Source: Tubiluchus corallicola (lineage: Eukaryota > Animalia > Priapulida). From it: a DNA stretch of 63,010 nt. Location: the NCBI GenBank assembly GCA_030141605.1, contig JAQGDQ010001098.1, forward strand, positions 1-63,010, in the 5' to 3' direction. The position numbers were made by a program, and so were the translations under genes. Numbering within the stretch: position 1 is the stretch's first letter; each line of letters opens with the position of its first letter. This document shows, in pieces, positions 1-63,010 of the stretch. Below the pieces are notes generated by a model. That model saw only the letters and a list, made by a program, of their open reading frames with translations, did no database searches and was not told where the DNA came from.

Positions 1-257
1 TAATCTTTATTTAAAGTCAGCTTTTGGGTCAACAATTAACATTAGCTCAAAGAGCTATTATCGCCGACTGTAAATAACAACCTACAACTACATAACAGAG
101 ACTATTATTACCCCACTTTTACCCTAAATACCACGCGCCAGGCAGGGCAAAGCAGGTACCATTTTTAAAGTCTTTGGTATGACCCGGCCGCTGGTTCGAA
201 CTCACGACCTTCCAGACGGAAAACAGACGCATTACCACTAGACTAAACCGTCTGGTC
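1..257 (-). mobile_element. tRNA-derived SINE with V-SINE-like core
   Basis: The minus strand has Pol III box A (TAGTCTAGTGG) and box B (GTTCGAACC), followed by GGTCATACCAAAGACTTTAAAAATGGTACC, which resembles the conserved V-SINE central domain as recalled, not searched. Confidence 0.65.
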
Positions 258-526
258 AATAGAACACAAATTCTCTCTGAATAGTAGTGGAAAACCAGTC
301 GAGGACCAAACACTTTGGCACTACAACTACAAGCAATTCATGACGTTAAACGAGAAAAATTAACGAAGAAATAAAAAGAAGAGAGTGATGACACCTTTCC
401 CATTGAGAAACCAACACGAATTGTTACTCTTCTCATGTAGCTAAAACAAAAAGAAATCAAGAAAAACTAAGAAATAGAAGCAATCAAAGGCCCGGATGTA
501 AATTAAATAATACATTTCTATGACAG

Positions 527-4552
<4,026 letters not shown>

Positions 4553-5149
4553 TCAGCAGTGGGGCTTCACGTGGAAACAGACTCTGAAAGATAGACCTTA
4601 ATTGTGGCATTAACGCAATTTAAATCAGCTTAGATAATTTTCGTGTTTCAGACAATTCATTGCTGTTTTAATTATTTAAATTGCATAATATGCAGTTTGT
4701 TAATAATTTTTATCGGTTAGTCATTAGCGAGTAATTGTAAATAAGTTAAAAATAATCAACATTTTGTACCAAAGCACTATAACCTTTCCTAGAATGAAAA
4801 TAAATTTTTTTCATCTTTTTTTGTAACTTTAATTAGGATTTGTGTTTGTTTGAGATTATCAAATACAAGACGCTAAATGAACTACGGAATAAAACAAAGA
4901 AGTTTGTAGATGTGAGTGTTGGTTTGTGATGATCCGACAGGCAAATGATTTTCAAATAAGTGCAAACATAAATAATGGGTTTTATTGAAACCGTTATTTA
5001 TTCATTTATTTTTCTTTATTGCAGTAAAAAATACGGCGGTTCACTTTTTCAACTCCAAAAGAATTCATAAAAATGAGTTGAAATTTAGTAGAAGAATTAA
5101 TTGGGATGTTTTTGGTTCAAAACAAAAATTGTGGCAATTCGTTCGTCAG

Positions 5150-5570
5150 CTAATTAATACGTAGATCGCAAGCCGTGTTTAGCCCCGCCCAACTTGATGA
5201 CGTAACACACATTCTCACAAACTCCCATGCTGCAAGTGCTTGCAGTATATAAATAAACTGAAAAACATGGAAAATTTTGATACTACACTGCAAATTTAGT
5301 ACCAGTAAGTTTGGTACAGGTGAATTTGGTCCCAGTAATTTTAGTACAAGGAAATTTTGGTACCAGGAAAATTTCCTGCTAGAAATTTTTAGTACACTGA
5401 AATTTTGGCATTGGGGAAATTGGGTACAGAAAAATGTGGCACTGGTGAAATTTAATATAGTACGGCGAAGGTTCTCAAGCATTTTTGGCACAAGGTAAAA
5501 TTATTCCGGAACAGGTTTGGTGCTAGGAAAGTTTAACTGGTACTAGGAAAACATGTTACAAGGAAAGTAT
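5150..5570. mobile_element. dispersed repeat family B
   Basis: Reverse-complement copy at about 34370-34790 (shared GCCCCGCCCAACTTGATGACGTAACA core and GTAC-rich subrepeats). Confidence 0.6.
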
Positions 5571-6302
5571 CTTTTATAAAATCTACAAAATGATAAAATT
5601 ATTCAGATCATATTAAACAACTGTTTAACTAAATAAATTTAAAGTTTAGAAGGATGAATGATTTACAAGGAAATTTGGAAGAGCCTTGGTTCAAAACAGA
5701 AAATTTGTAGCAGTTCATTAATTAGTCAATTAATTAGAGGTGTTTAATTAAATTTACGTTGATTTAAATTACATGTTCCCGCCGTCTACTTTGATGCTTT
5801 TATTTGCTTTGTTGCTGACCTATTATCTGTTTCTTTGTAATGTTGGTTCAATAAATAAATAAATAAACTGTAAATAAACATCTAAAAGTAAAGCGTAAGC
5901 AGTAATTTTTGGAAACCATGTCTCTGTCGAAATTTAAGCGTGATAATTACAGCTGCAACATTAGCTCATTATTGTGCTATTAGATGAAAAATTCAAAAGA
6001 AAGCACAGGTTTTGGGTGCACAACATTTTTCAGGGAGAGAATAATATTACAGGTATCACCATTTAGTGAAAGAACATCAGTTAGATGCACAACACGTAAC
6101 TACATGCTTTTTCCACATCTCAGAAATTCAAATAGAAAAAAATATTATTGTTTATTGGTCCTAAAGTGACCAAAACTCATTTAACTAGAATTTTCAGAAG
6201 CTAAACAGCGAAAATTGTCACCGGAAACTTGAAAACTCACCATAATCACCTAGGCAACGGCGGTTACCCGTCTGCGTATTTACGTTCCAATAAATACGGG
6301 TA

Positions 6303-6655
6303 GCGCATCACGCATTACGTACACACGGAAACACTTCTACTTGTTTAAATACAAACTGTTATATACGCATTACGGATCACGCATCACGCATTACGTACAC
6401 ATGGAAACACTTCTACTTGTTTAAATACAAACTGTTATATACGCATTACAGATCACGCAACGCGCTTTACGGATTGCGCATTACGTACACATGGAAACAC
6501 TTCTACTTGTTTAAATACAAACCGTTATAGACGCATTACGGATAACGCATCGCGCATTACGGATTACGCATTACGTACACATGGAAAAACTTCTACTTGC
6601 TTAAATACAAACTGTTATATACGCATTACGGATCACGCATCGCGCATTACGTACG
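6303..6655. repeat. degenerate tandem repeat (65-74 bp units), about 5 copies
   Basis: Recurrent GCATTACGTACACATGGAAACACTTCTACTTGTTTAAATACAAACTGTTATATAC. Confidence 0.8.
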
Positions 6656-7337
6656 CACGCAGTCGTAGCTTAAGTCTATCATCCTGATAACGTGGACACT
6701 TCACGACTAAATGCATTTATTTATTTCTCACAAAATGCAGTGTACATTCAATGACATATGGGACAATGTTTACAAAATGATATGCCAAAAAACTAATTGT
6801 TTACAATAAAATACTTCAAAGTATGAAGCATTTCTTTCAGCACACATTTAAAGAAAATCTTATAAGTACAACATTGGTAGTGAGAAAGGGTTAAGCAAGA
6901 CAAAACAGGGTTTGAAATTAGGGTGTGTATAGAGAAGAATGCGATTAGAGGTGCAGGTTAGCCAAGGGAGGTTAAGTAACGTAATATGTACATTTTATAC
7001 AAGAAACCTTGTATTTTGTTTTTGGTCAATTCATATCAAAATGAATATAATACTTATTAGTGGTTCACGGAGCAAGGTCGCTAGAGGTAAATAACAAAAT
7101 AAACAAGAGAGAAACAAAAAATTATTGTCATACCTTCATTGACATATTTATTAAAACGAGGTTTAGAGCAAAAAGCTCTTTTCAAATTTGACAATTTTTC
7201 ACGCTTATTCTTATTTTCCTTATTTCCCCAACGGGTCACACTCAGGAGACAAGTTAGGCAATTTGATTCTGTTTGAATGCATAGGGCAATTTCAAACAAT
7301 TGAAGTAGAACTAGGATTATATAGTACATTATTTAAC

Positions 7338-7562
7338 ACTGACTGACTGACTGACTGACTGACTGACTGACTGACTGACTGACTGACTGACTGACTGACT
7401 GACTGACTGACTGACTGACTGATTGACTGACTGACTGACTGACTGACTGACTGACTGACTGACTGACTGACTGACTGACTGACTGACTGACTGACTGACC
7501 CTCTGATTGACTGAGTGACTGACTGACTGACTGACTGACCGCCTGCCTGACTGACTGACCGA
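7338..7562. repeat. (GACT)n microsatellite
   Basis: Read directly from the sequence. Confidence 0.95.
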
Positions 7563-8269
7563 CATAAGCAACGATACAATAATCGACAATAAAACATTAT
7601 ATTTAGCCGGTCATGTCGCGAACCCCTTAATTAACATTTATTTTAATTTTGTCTAATCATCACTGGTCACTTTTATGATTACTCATAAAAATATATTCAG
7701 ATATTTGCACTTGAACCATTAAAATATTGTATATAGTATATAATGTGTGCGTGGTAATTAGTGTATCTCCTCTACATACTAACAAAGAACTCACTATATA
7801 ATACATTTTATATATATATCTACATTATTTTATATAAATTTTATATATTTTAAAATTTATTATATAGTGCGTTGTTTATGAGACAACTTGTTACAGAGAA
7901 TAATGTAAGTATGTATTTGATAACGTAATTACTAGCATCGCTTTATATACTAGAGCGCAGTCATTGGACATTGGTCATTGAATATCGTCAGGCACCAAGG
8001 CCTGTGTCTTTGACTTTACAGATTTAGTCTAGTGTTGCTAAGATTTTTGGCTGTTACATCTATGAAAATTAAAATTTAACAATCGAAAATTTTTCAGCAT
8101 TCATGTTTTCCAGTGAGAATTTTCTGGAAATTTACTAGCATTTCCTCTCCACTGAAATCTGTCTAGTGCTCTTTGTTAGTTGTCTAATACAGACCTTTGG
8201 TACTGATATTGTTTGGTACAGACATTGCTCTGGCCGCCTTCACATAACACGCCATGGTGATGGAATCAT

Positions 8270-8864
8270 GGCAAAGATACAAGTATCTCGGTAGTCTGCT
8301 GGCAACAGAAGACGACATATCAAGACGGAAGATAATGGCATTATCAGCTTAATCAAAACTCACAAAAGTTTTTGAGAATAGGAAGATTTCTTTGGAAACA
8401 AAAATTAAAATATTCTCAGCCTTAGTTGAAACTGTATTTTTGTATAACTCTGAGCTCTGGACATTAAAAGCAAATCATAAAGCTGAAATTGATGCGTTTC
8501 AAAGGCGAAATTACAGAAACATTTTGTGTATTAGATGGCCAAAGAAAATTTCAAACAAAGATCTATATGAAAATATAAAAGAAGAACCTTGGACAAGAAA
8601 AATAAAAAGACGCCGTTTAAGATGGATTGGGCACATGCTTAGACTACCTGATGATATTCCAGTGAAGATAGCTCTTCAACAAGCCATAGAACCAGCTAAA
8701 AAACCTGCAGGAGGACAAATGTTAACATATTTAGATTTTGCACAGAAAGATTTAAACACTTCAGCATTGATCCTTACAAATAAATGCACTTGGGGCATTG
8801 CGGCGAGCAGGGAATCCTGGCATGGGGAGGTGAGCAGAATCATGTCCTTGGACGTACGATTCTT

Positions 8865-8927
<63 letters not shown>
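8270..8927 (+). mobile_element. 5'-truncated RTE-like LINE remnant with (GAT)n tail
   Basis: ORF 8392-8871 has post-RT motifs (YNSELWTL, IRWPKKISNKDLY, RRLRWIGHMLRLP). Upstream YKYLGS is separated from it by an in-frame TAA at 8350. The (GAT)n tail starts at the stop codon. Confidence 0.85.
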
Positions 8928-8928
<1 letters not shown>

Positions 8929-9337
8929 GATAGATATCTTTGACTATTTATTCACATCAGGTTTCTCTATATTCAATGCTGAAATGCATTTACTTCTTTT
9001 TATAAGGAATAAGAAATACTTTAAATAACTGATGCAGAGAATATTTTCTCGTTTGTTGTTAAATGTCTGTGTTAAATTTGATTGCGCAGCTAAGGCTGGT
9101 ATTTTCCTTTCTAATATCTTCAGCATTGTTGCGTAGACTTCTAACATATTACATTTCATGCATCACTTCTACCCTGACAGGGTTTTCAAGCTTATTTTGA
9201 TAGCGTTCCATGACGTCAAAACGTTGCCATGGAGATTTGTTGCTATAGAGATTTGTAGCTATAGAGATGAAGTTTATAAACAGCTTTTGTCTAAATTTGT
9301 TATTTTTCAGTGGTCCGCAAATAATCACGCGACTAAA

Positions 9338-41559
<32,222 letters not shown>

Positions 41560-41808
41560 ACGCAGCACAGAAATAAATTATTGTAGTGTTATTTAAAAAA
41601 ATGTTTCAAAAATAAAATAGTTGCTTGTACCAATGATTGTCCTTGACTGACTGATTGTCGTGTGTATCCGCCTTTGGGGCTCCACTCCTGATTTGGAAGG
41701 TTTACTCCTCTACACATGGCCGTTGGGTCACTTGACCTCCGCCCTCTAGTCGTTGGCTGCTTGTGCAGCTCCTCCGCCTAGTGCTGAGATACAGTGTGGG
41801 CATCCAAT

Positions 41809-41928
41809 AAGCCTACAGCACCTGGTATTCCAAGGCGGTCACCCATCCAAGTACTAACCAAGCTCTACGTTGCTTAACTTTGGCGATCAGACAAGAACCG
41901 GTGTTTTCAACGTGATTTGGCCGTAGTT
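41809..41928 (-). pseudogene. full-length 5S rRNA copy, decayed (possibly the head of a SINE3-type element)
   Basis: Minus strand AACTACGGCCAAATCACGTTGAAAACACCGGTTCTTGTCTGATCGCCAAAGTTAAGCAACGTAGAGCTTGGTTAGTACTTGGATGGGTGACCGCCTTGGAATACCAGGTGCTGTAGGCTT. Box A (AGTTAAGC) and box C (TTGGATGGG) are present; no oligo-T terminator. Confidence 0.88.
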
Positions 41929-42766
41929 TGCAACATATAGGTATGAACGCACGCTGTATGGACAGAAGAAAATCATTTTAATTACTCTAAATTTAAATTT
42001 ATGTTGTATTGTCATCATACTTTTTTGAGTTTTTGATAGCGCTGCCACCTTCAGGTGTTCTTGTTAAATTGTTAAATCTTTCTCTTTACTGTTTAAATTT
42101 GCATTGGCTTTGGATAGTGCTGCCACCTTCAGGTGTTCTTGTTAAAATTGTTAAATCTTTCTCTTTACTGTTTAAATTTTCGTTGGCTTCTACAGTCTTT
42201 ATGAATGCATAATCTCTAAAACTGTTTTCACACCTAAATAATTTCACCTGTAGTTCTGGTCACTTGGTTTTCTGTTTTTCAACATGACACTACCTCGCTG
42301 TTTATGTAGGCATTTCAGAATAAAATCTGACGTCATGAGGCGTTGCGGCTCTGCCACTGCCTCGTCGCATGGCATCTGTGTGGGCTATCATGGTAAATGG
42401 GCAGGTGGTGAAAACGACGAACTCCTTAAGACATGTGGTATACTGGGCATCAGAGCCAAGCTGATCCACTCAGTAATAAGGGGCTCGTGCAGCATTTGGA
42501 AAAAGTACCTGAGAGGATGATGAAACCTGCCAACAGGAGGGAGTATACTTCCGTCGCCTCTGGCACAGGATGATGCATCCTAGGGCAACCTAGAAGCGAC
42601 ACAGGTGATACGACCGATGCCTGTGAAATTCCGTATGATCATAAATTTCAAGTTTTTTGGTTTCTTCAAACCACTGCAATTTGGTTAACAAACATATCGT
42701 AAATATCCTTGATAGCACCACTAACGCAACGATCAAGTTAGTGATCTGTGAAACAGGCCTGACAGG

Positions 42767-43075
42767 CAGGGCATATTTCAGCTTAAGCGAGACCCGGGGA
42801 AGTGGAGCTTGTGAGGCCCCCTCGGGGGGGGGGGGCGCCATCATGGTTGGCGCCCAGAAAATTTTCGAACTGCTAGAACGCCGGAGAAGCATTTTCGAAG
42901 AGAAAATATGGAATTATACAGTTGTTAAAGGAAAGAACAATTAAAAGAAAAACTGCTTTATAGTCAAGACCAGTCCTTAATACTTGTCAAATAGTCAAAT
43001 CACCTCGGCGCGAGGCCCCCTGAAGGGTGAGGCCCCGGGGAAGTATCCCCACTCCTCCCCCTGAAATAGGCCCTG
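42767..43075 (+). mobile_element. hAT-type MITE, copy 2
   Basis: TIR CAGGGCATATTTCAG...CTGAAATAGGCCCTG; TSD CTGACAGG on both sides. Confidence 0.9.
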
Positions 43076-43307
43076 CTGACAGGTTCATTCGTGTCTTCAA
43101 ATGCTTCACACGAGTTGTAAAACAAACAGTTAAAATTGATGGATGTATTGGATAGAAATTTTTGGTGTAAAAAATTCATCAGAGCAAAAAATCATGGAGT
43201 TTACCAGTAAAATCGCCAATAAAACTGCTCGCTAGCAGAAACTGTATTTTAGGTCTGCACCTTACAGCTCAGAGAAAAGGTAAGATCATAGTCTTATTAC
43301 TGTGTAG

Positions 43308-44497
43308 TGTGAGTATTAATAGTGGTGTTTCAGTATTAATAGTGGTGTTTGAGTATTAATAGTGGTGTTTGAGTATTAATAGTCGTGTTTGAGTATTAAT
43401 AGTCGTGTTTGAGTATTAATAGTGGTGTTTGAGTATTAATAGTCGTATTTGAGTATTAATAGTGGTGTTTGAGTATTACGGTGGTGTTTTAATAAACAAA
43501 AATATACTATTGATGAGTATTAATAGTGGTGTTTGAGTATTAATAGTGGTGTTTGAGTATTAATAGTGGTGTTTGAGTATTAATAGTGGTGTTTGAGTAT
43601 TAATAGTGGTGTTTGAGTATTAATAGTGGTGTTTGAGTATTAATAGTGGTGTTTGAGTATTAATAGTGGTGTTTGAGTATTAATAGTGGTGTTTGAGTAT
43701 TACGGTGGTGTTTTAATAAACAAAAATATACTATTGATGAGTATTAATAGTGGTGTTCGAGTATTAATAGTGGTGTTCGAGTATTAATAGTGGTGTTTGA
43801 GTATTAATAGTGGTGTTTGAGTATTAATAGTGGTGTTTGAGTATTAATAGTGGTGTTTGAGTATTAATAGTGGTGTTTGAGTATTAATAGTCGTGTTTGA
43901 GTATTAATAGTGGTGTTTGAGTATTAATAGTGGTGTTTGAGTATTAATAGTGGTGTTTGAGTATTAACAGTGGTGTGTGAGTATTAATAGTGGTGTTTGA
44001 GTATTAATAGTGGTGTTTGAGTATTAATAGTCGTGTTTGAGTATTAATAGTGGTGTTTGAGTATTAATAGTCGTATTTGAGTATTAATAGTGGTGTTTGA
44101 GTATTACGGTGGTGTTTTAATAAACAAAAATATACTATTGATGAGTATTAATAGTGGTGTTTGAGTATTAATAGTGGTGTTTGAGTATTAATAGTGGTGT
44201 TTGAGTATTAATAGTGGTGTTTGAGTATTAATAGTCGTGTTTGAGTATTAATAGTCGTGTTTGAGTATTAATAGTGGTGTTTGAGTATTAATAGTGGTGT
44301 TTGAGTATTAATAGTGGTGTGTGAGTATTAATAGTGGTGTTTGAGTATTAATAGTGGTGTTTGAGTATTAATAGTGGTGTTTGAGTATTAATAGTGGTGT
44401 GTGAGTATTAATAGGCGTGTTTGAGTATTAATAGTCGTGTTTGAGTATTAATAGTCGTGTTTGAGTTTCAATAAACAAAAATATACTATTGATGAGT
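43308..44497. repeat. 20-bp minisatellite with a recurring interruption
   Basis: Unit GAGTATTAATAGTGGTGTTT; AATAAACAAAAATATACTATTGAT occurs four times. Confidence 0.95.
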
Positions 44498-45108
44498 AAT
44501 TGACAAGTTTTGTCGGAAACAATATTTAAATAATTCTTGTTGAAAATATTGTTAATTTCACTTTATCTCTAGCTCAGTATGCATCCACCGTCAACGAGAG
44601 AAAGAAGACAGCTCATGATCGATTTCCTATCAGCCACCCATCCACTTACTAATCAGGATCAACACTGCAAAGTCTGCTATGCAGACATCATGCGTTATGT
44701 TGTAACTGGTTATTGAAACAGTTCGCTCCTGCCCCATCATTTGGATAATTGTGTGTGTAACGTGTATTGAGTAATGTTCTAGATTTCATATAGAGCGGAA
44801 TGTTTCATTAATGAAAAACACCTTAACGTAATCAACTAAGACATTAATGATGAGATTAATTACTTTATAGATTTAATCACAGTTATAAAAAAATCACAAT
44901 GAGTCTACATCATTATTGTCACAACAAACAGCACCAACTACTTATTCGAAATATTCCGTTAAGAAAATTAATTGATAATTTTTTATTTAACCGAACAAAT
45001 TAGCTGATGCTTATCACAGCTGATTGCTTCGCTATAATTAAAGTTGAAACTTCAAATAAAATTACTCTATAAATTTACAAAATTGCACTAAATGAGCAAC
45101 TTCTTTTA

Positions 45109-60973
<15,865 letters not shown>

Positions 60974-61083
60974 GTAACAGTCTCCTCTAGACAACACGGA
61001 AAATTCAAAGACTGAAAAAATTCAGTGATGACAGTCAAGTGTCGAAAGATGTCTGTGTTTATTCATCACGACGCTGTCTGTCA

Positions 61084-61733
61084 CGTCTCCCACACTGTGG
61101 TGGATCCATGACCAGAGTGATACATCTCTCACGCTGTGGCGGATCCATGACCAAAGTGGTACATCTCTCACGCTGTGGTAGATCCATGACCAAAGTGGTA
61201 CATCTCTCACGCTGTGGTAGATCCATGACCAAAGTGGTACATCTCTCACGCTGTGGTAGATCCATGACCAAAGTGGTACATCTCCCACACTGTGGTAGAT
61301 CCATGACCAAAGTGGTACATCTCTCACGCTGTGGTGGATCCATGACCAAAGTGGTACATCTCTCACGCTGTGGTGGACGCATGACCAAAGTGATACATCT
61401 CTCACGCTGTGGTGGATCCATGACCAAAGTGGTACATCTCTCACGCTGTGGTAGATCCATGACCAAAGTGGTACATCTCCCACACTGTGGCGGATCCATG
61501 ACCAAAGTGGTACATCTCTTACGCTGTAGTGGATCCATGACCAAAGTGATACATCTCCCACACTGTGGTAGATCCATGACCAAAGTGGTACATCTCCCAC
61601 ACTGTGGTGGATCCATGACCAAAGTCGTACATCTCCCACACTGTGGTAGATCCATGACCAAAGTGGTACATCTCCCACACTGTGGTGGATCCATGACCAA
61701 AGTGGTACATCTCTCACGCTGTGGCGGATCCAT
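61084..61733. repeat. 39-bp minisatellite, about 16-17 copies
   Basis: Unit CATCTCTCACGCTGTGGTGGATCCATGACCAAAGTGGTA, just upstream of the protease start-codon exon acceptor (61011). Confidence 0.95.
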
Positions 61734-62444
61734 GTTAAAAAGTTGCAATGCTGTTTACCGTCTTTTGAAGAGCCACAAGTGAGTAAGTGAGATGAGGAGA
61801 TTTGTAAGATATTAACTCCGCCTAGTTAATTAAAAAGCTTTTACCCGAGGTACTTAAAATGATACAATATTGAAAACACCTCAGAATGAATTCATAATTC
61901 ATTAAGAACCTGAGATGCAACTTTAATTAATGAAAAATTCGATGCAAATTTATGATTTGAGTTCAAATTGTGTTCATTTTTGTTATTCATCTGGATAATT
62001 TGAAGTCAAATTGAAAATTTAGGCCTAAAATCATGTAATTGATTTTTTATTAATTAACGCCGAATGTCAGGTTATTAGCTAATTAATGAATTTTTCGAAA
62101 TTGTTTTTACATCAATGTGGAATGGATGTTAAAATGTTGCAATGCTGTAAAAGCTTCTTGTTGTTGTAGGAGATTTCGAAAGTAACACCACTATACTTGA
62201 CCAGTGTCCGAATACGACAAGTGCAGTAACATTACAGTAACAGTAACAGTATGCATAACATTTACCTTCATTGAATTGGCTTCCTTGCTTGATGGAAAAA
62301 CTTACCTGGGCAGTTGGGTTTCAGAGATCATTGAGTAAGCATGTGACTTAAACTGAGAGAGCAATGTATAGTGTTATTAATGATCTATATAAATAAAGCT
62401 CACCTGTATTCTAGTGTCTTACCAATTACTTTCAGAACTTCTTC

Positions 62445-63010
<566 letters not shown>

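Noticed and set aside
9211-9218. CRE palindrome TGACGTCA near the cyclase start
   Set aside because: The same 8-mer occurs several times in repeats in this window and there is no supporting promoter evidence.
9158-9337. Upstream in-frame extension of cyclase exon 1
   Set aside because: A strong acceptor (TTTTTCAG, 9310) precedes ATG 9338, which starts a signal-peptide-like segment. The extension is probably intronic; the upstream non-coding exon could not be located.

Overview
AT-rich, repeat-dense animal (invertebrate-like) genomic DNA with three spliced protein-coding genes, reconstructed by hand from GT-AG exons. (1) The last two exons of a + strand trypsin-family protease homologue (527-4552) whose catalytic motif reads GDEGGP. 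(2) An 18-exon natriuretic-peptide-receptor-type membrane guanylyl cyclase (+, 9338-41559, about 1059 aa). (3) A complete 11-coding-exon secreted signal-CUB-CUB-LDLa-trypsin-like protein (-, 60973-45109, about 584 aa) whose motif reads GDDGGP. The most striking structure is in the cyclase gene. Its frame-essential exon 4 lies on the opposite strand (17132-17000), inside a 1.9-kb spacer flanked by near-identical 3-kb inverted repeats that each carry exons 2-3. Flipping the spacer restores an intact gene, so this is an invertible-exon switch or inversion allele, a trans-splicing candidate, or a mis-oriented assembly. The cyclase domain has also lost both metal-binding aspartates, so all three neighbouring genes look like pseudoenzymes. 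Two minisatellites have multiplied 5' splice donors. The window also holds a decayed 5S rRNA copy (possible SINE3), hAT MITEs with perfect TSDs, other MITE/SINE/LINE/LTR remnants and many satellites.
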